64,000 nucleotides of DNA, taken from NCBI GenBank assembly GCA_947626095.1, contig CANQQV010000002.1:97092-161091 (forward strand), written 5' to 3'. The position numbers were made by a program, and so were the translations under genes. Origin of the DNA: an uncultured Bacilli bacterium. Lineage in GTDB: Bacteria; Bacillota_I; Bacilli_A; RF39; UBA660. Shown in pieces: positions 49,620-58,663 of this stretch (the stretch's first letter is position 1; every line of letters begins with the position of its first letter). The notes beneath the pieces are model-generated. The model saw only the letters and a list, made by a program, of their open reading frames with translations. It was not told the origin of the DNA and did not search any database.

Positions 49620-49754
49620 AATTAATATCCCCTGTAAATTTAATAATATTTATCTTACACTTTATATTAGATGAAGTCAAAAGAAAATTAGTTTAACTTT
49701 GAAGAGTATATTGTGAATTAATAAATTATTAGTGTTAGTGCTAATTACAACTTA

Positions 49755-49786
49755 AAAAGTCTTCCTTAAAATAAGAAAGACTTTTT
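49755..49786. terminator. Intrinsic terminator
   Basis: AAAAAGTCTTCCTTA...TAAGAAAGACTTTTT hairpin after the HipA-like gene. Confidence 0.6.
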
Positions 49787-49795
49787 AATTTAATA

Positions 49796-50983
49796 TTAAC
49801 GATTAATTAATTCTTTTAACTTATTAATTTGGTTATTTAATAAAATACATAATCTATTGATACGAGTATCAGAATATCCCGTTAAATGTTGATATTGATG
49901 TAGTAAATCGTCAAACCATTCTACTATTCCATCTAATTTACTGATATCTATTCTTTTGACATTTTTAACTACTTTAATTATTTCATCAAAAGGTTTTACT
50001 TCATAAAATAATCTTCCATTCCCCTCAATATGAATCTCTTCTTCATCGTAATATTCAATATTTAAACTTTGGCCATTATCAAATATAGGAGCTACATCTA
50101 TCCATTTTAAAGAATTAACATCTCTTATAATACCAAAGTTATTTAAATGTCTATCTTCATTCATAATAAGATAATCTAGAATATACATATTCTCTACTTT
50201 TTCTCTAGCATTTTCTATACCATTTTCTTCTAACTTTTTAATATATTCTTCATAATCTTTTGAATTATCATGTCTTGGCATATCATGTTTTATTTGAGAG
50301 CAGGTAATAAATTCAGTATCTTTAGTTATAAAACATGGACATTTAGATACTACCATATCTTTATATGTATCTATAGTATACTCTACATGATTAAATCCTA
50401 ACCTTTTACATATTTCACTTGCTAATACTTCATTAAATGGTTGTAATGTTTCATTTTTATATCCACCTTTTAATAAGTATCTTGTACCATTTTCTATTAT
50501 CCAAGCTTTTTTAAGCATTCCATCTGTAGTATTATTAGGAGTTCTTAAAGATGTTTCCTTTGTAATAGTTCTACTATTGGTGGATAAGGAAGCTTCCATA
50601 AATTCCGCATAATCAAAATCGTTGTCAAAAAAGTTGATATCATCATATGCAATATTACTTTCATAAGGTTTTAACCAATATTGATCTGATAGAGATAAAC
50701 CAAAAGCTTTATCTAAAAGTTCATAAGGAGCACTTATATTCAATCTATGTAATAGTAAATCTAATCTATCACGCCATGAGGGAATTCCTCTTCCTTTAAA
50801 CCATTCACTTAAATTTGTTATAAAAGAAGTACTATTAATATCATTTTCATTATATAAACTTTTTAAAATATATGGTGCATATTTGATGTTTTTGATTTCA
50901 TATATATAATCAAAGAATTTTGAATTTTCATTATATTCTGCAACCAATACTTCGATATTTTTATTCATTAATATACATTTCAT
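49796..50983 (-). CDS. HipA-like kinase domain protein
   Basis: DGMLKKAW, NEVLASEI, NEDRHLNNFG, APIFDNG. Confidence 0.82.
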   Translation of the reverse strand: MKCILMNKNIEVLVAEYNENSKFFDYIYEIKNIKYAPYILKSLYNENDINSTSFITNLSEWFKGRGIPSWRDRLDLLLHRLNISAPYELLDKAFGLSLSDQYWLKPYESNIAYDDINFFDNDFDYAEFMEASLSTNSRTITKETSLRTPNNTTDGMLKKAWIIENGTRYLLKGGYKNETLQPFNEVLASEICKRLGFNHVEYTIDTYKDMVVSKCPCFITKDTEFITCSQIKHDMPRHDNSKDYEEYIKKLEENGIENAREKVENMYILDYLIMNEDRHLNNFGIIRDVNSLKWIDVAPIFDNGQSLNIEYYDEEEIHIEGNGRLFYEVKPFDEIIKVVKNVKRIDISKLDGIVEWFDDLLHQYQHLTGYSDTRINRLCILLNNQINKLKELINR

Positions 50984-51062
50984 ATAAGCACCTCTTTGAA
51001 TATATTTATGTTATTATTATACCATTCTTAGTGGTATAAATAAACTCTATCCAAGTTATAGG

Positions 51063-51845
51063 TTATTTAATAGTTATACCAGTATTAGTTTGAAATTGCT
51101 TTTTATAAGATGTTAATAATTCGTTAGTACGATTTTGAATTGTTTCATTAGCACTTGTATCACCAGTTAATGAAACATATTCTTGGTGAATATCTAAGTA
51201 TCTTTGACGTTCTTTAAGAACTACTTGTTCTAGTTTAGATTTTATATAGATTAAAGTAGCTGGATCTTTAGCATATTTAGTTAAACGTATTAAAGCTTCG
51301 CTTTTACCCATATAAATATTATCTAGAGCTTTGCATTTAATAATAGCTTCAGCTAAAGACAAAGGTGATGTGAATAACTTAGGTAATGAGGAATAGCTTA
51401 TATAAAGTATAAAATGAATTTTTAAAGCTAAGTTATGACCATTTATTATAGTTTCTAAGTATTTAGTATATAAGTTATGAGATATTAAGTAATTTTTAAA
51501 TTCTAAAGCTTGTTCTTCAGTATATACTCTAAAACATAATATGTCTAAGACTCTTGTTCTTTGTTGTTCATCATTAGTAGCTATAAAGTATAAAGCATTT
51601 CTTGGTGTATTATAGGGATTTTTTAAAGCATTTTGACATAGTACTTTGTAGATAGGTCTTTTAAAAGTATAGGCATAATAAAGTTTGGTACGATAATCAA
51701 AGTTTTGATTATTTAGTAAAGCGTTATCAATAGTGTTATAGTCGATAGTATTAGTTTGATCTTTTAATACAGTATCTAATGATACTAAGAAGTTAGATAC
51801 ATCGTTATTAGTTATATAAGTACATAAGCGATTAGTAATATTCAT
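51063..51845 (-). CDS. Hypothetical protein
   Basis: Open frame; RBS GGAG before ATG at 51845. Confidence 0.65.
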   Translation of the reverse strand: MNITNRLCTYITNNDVSNFLVSLDTVLKDQTNTIDYNTIDNALLNNQNFDYRTKLYYAYTFKRPIYKVLCQNALKNPYNTPRNALYFIATNDEQQRTRVLDILCFRVYTEEQALEFKNYLISHNLYTKYLETIINGHNLALKIHFILYISYSSLPKLFTSPLSLAEAIIKCKALDNIYMGKSEALIRLTKYAKDPATLIYIKSKLEQVVLKERQRYLDIHQEYVSLTGDTSANETIQNRTNELLTSYKKQFQTNTGITIK

Positions 51846-51923
51846 AATATACACACTCCAAAACTTGGTTGTTATTATATTATTAATTAAGTAATTTAGC
51901 AAATCTTTAGGTATTAAAAAATG

Positions 51924-53030
51924 TCACGCATTAATAGTGACATTTTTACTATGTTTTTGAACTAGATCAAGAATCTTTTTTCTTTCAGTTTCATTAGCTA
52001 GTCGTGGACGATAATCATTTACTGGTTTAGGCGTTGATGATACCATTGCGGGAATAACTTCAATTTGGGAATCTGATAGTTTATGATCAGTAAATGTTAA
52101 GTTGGTATGGAAGACCATTGTTTCAAAGTAAGCAGGATTTTTATTACCACCAAAGGTAAAGTTACCTAAACTATAGACAATATATTTATCTTTGTATTTT
52201 TCAATACCTTGTAAACAATGAGTATGATGACCAATGATTAAATCGGCGCCATTATCGATAGCATAATGAGCTAGAGATTCTTGAGACTGACTTTGTTGGA
52301 ATGATAGTTCGATACCCTAGTGATATGTCATGATAATCATATCAACGTTTTGACTTTTTAAATAGTTAAGAGCTTTTAAAGTATCTGGTTTACAATCAGC
52401 TACTTCATCTTCAGCACAGTATAAACCAGCCATACCAATTTTTATACCTTTAACATCGAGAATAGAATAACTATCATTACCATAGAATGGTAGTTTAGCT
52501 TCACGTAAGTTATTTTTAGTATCTTCGTAACCTTTTTCGCCATAATCATGAGAATGGTTATTAGCAATGTTAACAACATCAACACCTGAACCAGTTAGAA
52601 TTTTTAATACTTTAGCTGGTGCTTTAAAGTTAAAGGCTTTAGGAACACGGTAGCTTTCGTCAGCATCAGTGATAGCTAGTTCAAGGTTAGCAATAGTTAA
52701 ATCATCTTTTTCAAACATATCTTTAAAGTTAGCTAGGAAGTAATCTGGTCCTTCTTTTTCTAAAACTTTATCATAACCTAAATCACCATAATAAAAATGA
52801 GTATCAACATTAAGCGTACAATCCCCTACAGCATGGATATCGATAGTTGTTTTAGTTGGTTCCAAAACAGGAGGTTTTTCTGTTGGATTATTTTCTGGTT
52901 CTTCCGGTGTAGCAAGATTTTGTTTTTGGGTTGTTTGATGAAATTGAGAAATAATTAAGACAACTAAGATACATCCAATTATTGTTAATAGAATAAGTGA
53001 TATATTTATTATTTTATTTCTTTGTTTCAT
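51924..53030 (-). pseudogene. CapA-family metallophosphatase-like gene with an in-frame amber stop
   Basis: GD, NLE and NNHSHDYG motifs, then YH-TAG-GIE at 52317-52319 where the family has HWG. The frame continues (IGHHTH, YSLGNF) to 51924. Confidence 0.88.
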
Positions 53031-53112
53031 AGTTAATATTCATTTCCTATTCTAATTTCATTATATATTAATAATTCGTTAAATACAATTTGTTTTTTTA
53101 AGGTATTTTAGG

Positions 53113-53118
53113 TATAAT
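53113..53118 (+). promoter_or_regulatory. -10 box of the host tRNA-Arg promoter
   Basis: TATAAT 15 nt upstream of the tRNA 5' half. Confidence 0.6.
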
Positions 53119-53133
53119 TAGTAGTAGATTTAG

Positions 53134-53173
53134 GTCCTCGTAGCTCAGTAGGATAGAGCGATCGCCTCCTAAG
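53134..53173 (+). pseudogene. 5' half of the host tRNA-Arg(CCT), interrupted at attL
   Basis: GTCCTCG TA GCTC-AGTAGGATA-GAGC G ATCGC CT CCT AA G, then non-tRNA sequence. Pairs with the 3' half at 62907-62952. Confidence 0.93.
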
Positions 53174-53248
53174 AGTGTGTTCATTTTTTAGAGGGTGTGA
53201 GGGCGAACATAAAACATACATTATCCCCTTATATTTAGGGGGATTCAT

Positions 53249-53328
53249 GTCTCCATAGCTCAGATGGATAGAGCGCAGACCTCCTAAGTCTGGTCATTGG
53301 CCGAGTTCGAGTCTCGGTGGGGACACCA
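53249..53328 (+). tRNA. Element-encoded complete tRNA-Arg(CCT) with an 8-nt variable region
   Basis: Acceptor GTCTCCA/TGGGGAC, D arm GCTC/GAGC with A20, anticodon arm CAGAC-CTCCTAA-GTCTG, T arm CCGAG-TTCGAGT-CTCGG, A73 and encoded CCA. Confidence 0.92.
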
Positions 53329-53338
53329 GGAGAATTAT

Positions 53339-53380
53339 ATGTCTTGAAATTAAAGGGTTTCAAGGCATTTTTTATTTTTT
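53339..53380 (+). terminator. Intrinsic terminator after the element tRNA
   Basis: ATGTCTTGAAA/TTTCAAGGCAT stem followed by a T tract. Confidence 0.75.
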
Positions 53381-53382
53381 AA

Positions 53383-53450
53383 AAAGTGATATAAAGTGAT
53401 ACAACATGATTTGGCATAATATTTGTTACGGCACTTTTTACGGCACCAAT
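53383..53450 (+). repeat. attL accessory repeats (putative Xis and integrase arm sites)
   Basis: AAAGTGATA x2 (53383, 53393); TTACGGCAC x2 (53426, 53438). Confidence 0.65.
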
Positions 53451-53539
53451 AAAAGATAACTTAACTATCGGTAAAATAAGGGATAAAACACAATCTTAAA
53501 AGTAGCTGCACTTTTAAAAAGTGTCAGAAAGGAAGAAAA

Positions 53540-53791
53540 ATGGAAGAAAATTTAAAAGAAATAGAAGATTTAAGATTCTATTTTACGGATGATATGAAAC
53601 AAACCTTATTTGATATGTTAACAATTCAAAATATGTTAAATAACGAGGATTTAAGTTATAAAGAAATACGACAACTTGAAAAAGAAAAAGAAAGACTCTT
53701 AGAGCACTTTAGAGAAGAACTTCATGCAAATAATCCAGTAGAAGTTGCAATTGTAAGAGAATTTCTGAACATGAAAAATGAAGAAAAGTAA
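53540..53791 (+). CDS. Hypothetical protein (element)
   Basis: 83 aa; RBS AAAGGAAG. Confidence 0.65.
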   Translation: MEENLKEIEDLRFYFTDDMKQTLFDMLTIQNMLNNEDLSYKEIRQLEKEKERLLEHFREELHANNPVEVAIVREFLNMKNEEK

Positions 53792-54037
53792 AGTATTAAG
53801 AATGAAAATACTAAGTGAAACAGTAACTATAATTAGATGGAATTTATACTTTTTTAGATTATTGATGGACTTATGTTTTAATTTATATTACTTTATCACA
53901 ATAAGTATAATTATAATTTATTGTATAGAGTAAAATTAAATTATTATTTTAATGTATATATAATTTAATACTATTTTTATAAATTTATTTATTAGTATAC
54001 AATTATTAAAAAAAATATAGAATGTTGTGGTTAAGTG

Positions 54038-54066
54038 TTGACCCGTATCAATTTTTAATGTATAAT
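54038..54066 (+). promoter_or_regulatory. SigA promoter of the methyltransferase pair
   Basis: TTGACC-17 bp-TATAAT, followed by RBS GGGAGG. Confidence 0.75.
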
Positions 54067-54088
54067 ATATTATGAAGGGAGGTTATAT

Positions 54089-54892
54089 ATGAAAACAAAT
54101 ATTATATATAATGAATCTAGTGAAACAATGCACCAAATAAATAATGAATCTATTGACATGATTGTGACCTCTCCGCCTTATAACATAAATATAAGTTATG
54201 GTAATAAAGTTTCCAAAGGAAAAATAATTCAAAGTAAAGGTGTTAAGTATAAAGATAATCTTCAAGAGGATAATTACAGATTAATGTTGGAAAAAGTATT
54301 TAGTGAATGTAAAAGAGTTTTGAAAAAAGATGGTTCAATTTTTATAAATATTAAAAATAGATATAATGATGGAACAATACTTTCACCATTTTGGATTCAG
54401 GATTATTTTAAAGATATGTTTTTAAAGAATATAATTATTTGGAATTTTGATTGGGGTGGTTCAACAAATAAAAGGTTTGCTCCTAGATATGAATATGTAT
54501 TTTGGTTTACAAAAGATAAAGAAAAATACAAATTTAATTTAGATTCTATTAAAATTCCTGCCTTAAATTATAGACCTGATAGATATAAATCACAATTAAA
54601 AAATCCTAGTGATGTATGGAAAATATCTATGGTTTCTGGGAATTTTGAAGAAAGAACAGAACATCCTGCGCAATATCCTGAAAGACTAATAGAAAGAATA
54701 ATTGGATGTTCAACATTTAAAAATGATATTGTGTTAGATCCATTTATGGGTTCTGGGACTACGGCAGCAGTTGCAAAAAAAATGAGCAGGAATTATATAG
54801 GATATGAAATAGTTCCTGAATATATAAAGATTTCAGAAGATAGATTAAAAAAATGTAAGAAAGGAGAATTATTAGATGAAAGAGACTGTTAA
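54089..54892 (+). CDS. DNA amino-methyltransferase, beta class (probably N4-cytosine), M1
   Basis: Motif IV TSPPY before motif I DPFMGSGTT; HPAQYP. Confidence 0.93.
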   Translation: MKTNIIYNESSETMHQINNESIDMIVTSPPYNINISYGNKVSKGKIIQSKGVKYKDNLQEDNYRLMLEKVFSECKRVLKKDGSIFINIKNRYNDGTILSPFWIQDYFKDMFLKNIIIWNFDWGGSTNKRFAPRYEYVFWFTKDKEKYKFNLDSIKIPALNYRPDRYKSQLKNPSDVWKISMVSGNFEERTEHPAQYPERLIERIIGCSTFKNDIVLDPFMGSGTTAAVAKKMSRNYIGYEIVPEYIKISEDRLKKCKKGELLDERDC

Positions 54893-55649
54893 GATTGAAT
54901 TTGGTGATTGCAGAGATTTATTAAAAAAAATTCCAGATGAGTCTGTAACTCTAGTTGTAACTTCTCCACCATATAATATTGGAAAACCCTATGGAAAATA
55001 CAAAGATAAAATACCTTTAGAAGAATGGAAAGAACTGATTGATGATGTTACAAAAGAAATTTATAGAATATTAAAACCTAATGGTAGTTTCTTTTTAAAT
55101 CTATCTCCAATACCCTATGGAAAAGATAAGGAGATATTACCATTACCTTATATTGGCTATGATATTATGAAAAAAAACAATTTTAAAATAAGAAATATCA
55201 TTACATGGACATTTAATAATATGCAAAATTGTACTAATAGATTGTCAGGAAGATATGAAAATATCATATGGGGTGTAAAAGACTTAAGTAATTATATATT
55301 TAATTTAGATGATATTAGAGTTCCTTATATTACTCAAAATGACAAAAGACTTACAGGTGTTGGAAGAAATCCTACTGATGTATGGTATTTTAATCGGGTA
55401 AATAATGTTACAAAAAAGAAATTAAATTTAACACATCCAACAATTTATCCATCAGATATGATTGAAAGAATAGTATTAATGGCATCGAATGAAAATGATG
55501 TTGTTCTTGACCCTTTTTTGGGAAGTGGAACTACTGTTGCTGTTGCATTAAAATTAAATAGAAAAGGAATTGGATTTGAACTTGATGAAAATTATAAAAA
55601 TGAAATTAACTTAAGACTTAAAAATGTTCAAATACAATTAAAGTTATAA
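54876..55649 (+). CDS. DNA amino-methyltransferase, beta class (probably N4-cytosine), M2
   Basis: TSPPY, HPTIYP, DPFLGSGTT; overlaps M1 by 17 nt. Confidence 0.93.
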   Translation: MKETVKIEFGDCRDLLKKIPDESVTLVVTSPPYNIGKPYGKYKDKIPLEEWKELIDDVTKEIYRILKPNGSFFLNLSPIPYGKDKEILPLPYIGYDIMKKNNFKIRNIITWTFNNMQNCTNRLSGRYENIIWGVKDLSNYIFNLDDIRVPYITQNDKRLTGVGRNPTDVWYFNRVNNVTKKKLNLTHPTIYPSDMIERIVLMASNENDVVLDPFLGSGTTVAVALKLNRKGIGFELDENYKNEINLRLKNVQIQLKL

Positions 55650-55673
55650 AAAGACATCAAATTGATGTCTTTT
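55648..55673. terminator. Bidirectional terminator between the MTase pair and the nuclease-TGT operon
   Basis: AAAAGACATCAA-A-TTGATGTCTTTT inverted repeat. Confidence 0.75.
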
Positions 55674-57018
55674 AATTAATATTATCGTGAATATATTTAA
55701 AAAAATCTATTGGAAATTTATTTATTAAATTTTCAAAACTTTCAAATTTTGATACTAATTTAGTTAATTTACAATGTTGCCATATTGAATGGCAATTCAT
55801 TATTTGTCTGGCATAATAATAGTATTCATCCGATATATATTTTTTAGAGTATAATTCTTTTAAATTGTTAGTATTATTTATTAACTTACAAGCAGGACAT
55901 CCACATAATTGGATATCATTATCTACTTCATTTATTTTATAATAGTCAAATTTATAATTATTATTTATTATTTCTAAATTGTTATCAATCATCCCAGGAA
56001 TAAATTTTGAAAAACTTTCTCTTGCTTGTTTGTCAAAAACAATAGATGATGATTCATTATTTCCATCATATGCTCGTCTTCCAGGTGTCTGGCAATCAAA
56101 AGAAGTAGCACCATTTAATACTAATGATGGTATATTATCTTTATTGCCACCACCTAATACATGTATTGGTTTTTCACCAACCACATTTTTTACAATCTTT
56201 AATGCTTTAGTAACTAAATGAGTATTTTTTAAATTACCTTTACAATCATCAAACCAAGAATCATCAGCATTTTTACTACTTGCAATGCCACCTAAGGCAT
56301 ATCCGAAGAAATTTAAATTATTATTTTTTTCTTTATTTACAATATAATTAATATATTCTTGATATTCATCAGGGGTTTTACCATGAACTGTTGCATAAAC
56401 TTTAGGATAGTAATTTTTATGCACTTTTAGATATTCAATTGTTTTATCTAAAAGTATTTTATTAAAATCATTTTCCATTAATCGATTTATTTCTGTTTTT
56501 AAATTTTCATCAGAACATTCAGAATCTTTAAAAGTGTATTTCCCACCCAAATCAAATCCTATTACAAAATCAAATTTATACTTTTGAGCAAAATCATAAT
56601 ATTCATACATTTTTTCAATCATTGTTTCTTCTACTGTGTTATGTAACTTTATTTTCCCTCTAATAATATCATTCAATATGTTTCTTGCTCCTGAATCTAG
56701 TAAATATATATTGTTATTATAATCATATTTTCCAGGAATATGTTCTTTGCAAATGTATTTTTCCTTATATATCATATCATTTCTGGTGAATTCTAAAAAC
56801 TCAGAAAAAGATTGATAATTATTTAATTTAGATAGCCATTTTGTAGCAAATTTTGGATATTTTAAATAGTAATAATTATATAATGTTGGAATTCCATTAT
56901 ATAAATCTAAATATACTGTTTCACGATATTTATCACTTCCGCCACCACCTAGGTTAGATATCCAAAAGAAACTAGGAACAACATATTTTTTGTTATTAAT
57001 CATCATTACTTGTTTCAT
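55672..57018 (-). CDS. tRNA-guanine transglycosylase (TGT)/DpdA-like protein
   Basis: TGT motifs in order: LLDSGA, IGFD, VHG, YALGG, PIHVLG, SFDC, and zinc site CGCPAC...H. Confidence 0.82.
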   Translation of the reverse strand: MKQVMMINNKKYVVPSFFWISNLGGGGSDKYRETVYLDLYNGIPTLYNYYYLKYPKFATKWLSKLNNYQSFSEFLEFTRNDMIYKEKYICKEHIPGKYDYNNNIYLLDSGARNILNDIIRGKIKLHNTVEETMIEKMYEYYDFAQKYKFDFVIGFDLGGKYTFKDSECSDENLKTEINRLMENDFNKILLDKTIEYLKVHKNYYPKVYATVHGKTPDEYQEYINYIVNKEKNNNLNFFGYALGGIASSKNADDSWFDDCKGNLKNTHLVTKALKIVKNVVGEKPIHVLGGGNKDNIPSLVLNGATSFDCQTPGRRAYDGNNESSSIVFDKQARESFSKFIPGMIDNNLEIINNNYKFDYYKINEVDNDIQLCGCPACKLINNTNNLKELYSKKYISDEYYYYARQIMNCHSIWQHCKLTKLVSKFESFENLINKFPIDFFKYIHDNIN

Positions 57019-57785
57019 TTTATCATGCTCCTAATGATCTCTACAAATTCCTCTAAGGTTCCCATTTCTAGAAGTTTTGAATATATCTTTTCTTTATATA
57101 TTGATTGAGGATTTTTTTCAAAATCTCCTTCGCGTTCTTGTCGTTGAAAAATTTTTTCGTTTATAAGAGCATTTTTTACTTGTTCACTTGTTTCAAAATA
57201 TATTCCTTTTAAACAAGGATAATCTATCCAGTGGATATAAAAGACCGGTCTTTCAATATCTGATTCGATAATTTCCAATTGCCTTTCTATCTTTTTGTAA
57301 TCTAATGTAGCACTACTTTCATAACAATATCTATTTATTTTGTTTATTGCTGAAATAAAAGGCGCACAATGATATTTTACTTCAAAATATGCAATTATTC
57401 CCTTATCTTTACCTAAAATCATACAATCAGGGTATTTTTTATTTGTTTTGTCCCCATGAACTGCTTTTATTTTTAAATGATTGGTAAAATAATCTATTAA
57501 TATTTCTTCAAATAATTGTCCCATAATTACATCATATTTAATATGGCTTTTGTTTCTGGGGTTCATGAAATACTGACCACATTTTTTACAAACATCTTTT
57601 AATTCAGGAATTTTTTCTTTTAAGACTTTAACTGGAAAAGGATTTTCATTTTGATTATTCTTAAACATATTATCAAAACAATCTTTATTGAATTCAGAAT
57701 ATAATAATTGATTTTCAAAAGTTGGTACATTCTTAAAAAAGTCTGTTAATTTATCTTTATACAATTCAAGTATTTCCTCATACAT
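57015..57785 (-). CDS. PD-(D/E)xK nuclease, putative restriction endonuclease
   Basis: GQLFEE...YPDC...YFEVK; 4-nt ATGA overlap with the TGT-like gene; lies next to two MTases. Confidence 0.72.
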   Translation of the reverse strand: MYEEILELYKDKLTDFFKNVPTFENQLLYSEFNKDCFDNMFKNNQNENPFPVKVLKEKIPELKDVCKKCGQYFMNPRNKSHIKYDVIMGQLFEEILIDYFTNHLKIKAVHGDKTNKKYPDCMILGKDKGIIAYFEVKYHCAPFISAINKINRYCYESSATLDYKKIERQLEIIESDIERPVFYIHWIDYPCLKGIYFETSEQVKNALINEKIFQRQEREGDFEKNPQSIYKEKIYSKLLEMGTLEEFVEIIRSMIK

Positions 57786-57805
57786 AATTTCACCTTCTCA
57801 GTAAA

Positions 57806-57814
57806 ATTATAGCA
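57806..57814 (-). promoter_or_regulatory. Extended -10 promoter of the nuclease-TGT operon
   Basis: TGCTATAAT on the minus strand, followed by RBS AAGGTG. Confidence 0.65.
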
Positions 57815-58088
57815 TAAATATCGTAAAAAAATAAATTTTAGCAAAAATTGTTGATTGATTTTTTTGTTTTATTATTAACAAAAATTGTATTTTTATGATT
57901 TCATCTCTACTATATAAGTAAATTAAAGGGGTATTTATTATATATAAATATAATATATAAAATATAAAAATTTATAGTATATAAGATAAACTATATATTA
58001 TTTTATCTTACAATAGGATTATAATATTATTTATCTTCCATCTGTAAAGTATATAATAAAAGAAAAGAATTAATCATACCCCTAACTT

Positions 58089-58127
58089 GTTTTACAATAT
58101 ATTCACTTCGTTCATATATTGTAAAAC
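58089..58127. repeat. Perfect 14-bp inverted repeat
   Basis: GTTTTACAATATAT-TCACTTCGTTC-ATATATTGTAAAAC. Confidence 0.85.
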
Positions 58128-58391
58128 CTTCCCCCTTTCTTGATAAGAAAAGAAAATGAGATTTGCTAAGTTCGGTTTGGTGTTACCATTGGTTTTTATG
58201 ATTACAAATTTCAATTTTTACTAAACCCATCCCTCTATTTAATAAAACACCAAATTCCGCTATCTCTCGGCTTCGAAAGATTCAGAATGAACAATTAGTC
58301 TAGGCAATTGTAAAAGTGCCTCAAAATCGATTTAAATGGGCAAAAAAAGGTATATTCAAGAACGAATGTTTGATAAGTTTTTAATCTAGTT

Positions 58392-58427
58392 TACTATGTA
58401 ACTACTATGTAGGTACTATATTACTAT
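58392..58427 (+). repeat. Four TACTAT direct repeats upstream of the excisionase-like gene
   Basis: Copies at 58392, 58403, 58414 and 58422 (spacing 11, 11, 8). Confidence 0.75.
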
Positions 58428-58480
58428 TTTTAGAGTTTTCTCTTCTAATAACTTCTATTATTATGAGGAGGATTGATAGT

Positions 58481-58663
58481 ATGAAAGAAAAACTATATAC
58501 ATTAATTGAAATTTCAAATTGGACAAAGACACCAGTTCTATATCTAAGAAGAATGATTAAAGAGGGAAAACTTGAAGCAAGTAAGATTGGAAGAAATTAT
58601 AAGGTAAGAGAATCAGAGGTTGAAAGATTCATTGATTCTTGTAGGTACAAAAATGTCAGATAA
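58481..58663 (+). CDS. Excisionase-like HTH_17 DNA-binding protein
   Basis: LYTLIEIS...LRRMIKEGKLEASKIGRNYKV; RBS GAGGAGG before ATG at 58481. Confidence 0.85.
   Translation: MKEKLYTLIEISNWTKTPVLYLRRMIKEGKLEASKIGRNYKVRESEVERFIDSCRYKNVR

Noticed and set aside
53249-53328. Element tRNA as an amber suppressor for the neighbouring CapA TAG (the loop contains CTA)
   Set aside because: The loop is a canonical 7 nt (CT-CCT-AA) closed by a perfect 5-bp stem, so the anticodon is CCT. TAG also ends several normal genes in the window.
53134-53328. AGG reassignment to Met, as reported for some uncultured Bacilli
   Set aside because: Both tRNAs keep the Arg identity element A20, and AGG encodes the invariant HxxR Arg of the integrase. 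A genome-wide Codetta run would settle it for host genes.
55672-57018. Housekeeping queuine tRNA-ribosyltransferase (tgt) or a complete Dpd system
   Set aside because: Too divergent from Tgt (no TPxFMPVGT, QGG or YLMGVG), located in a mobile R-M locus, and no dpdB-K or que genes are nearby.
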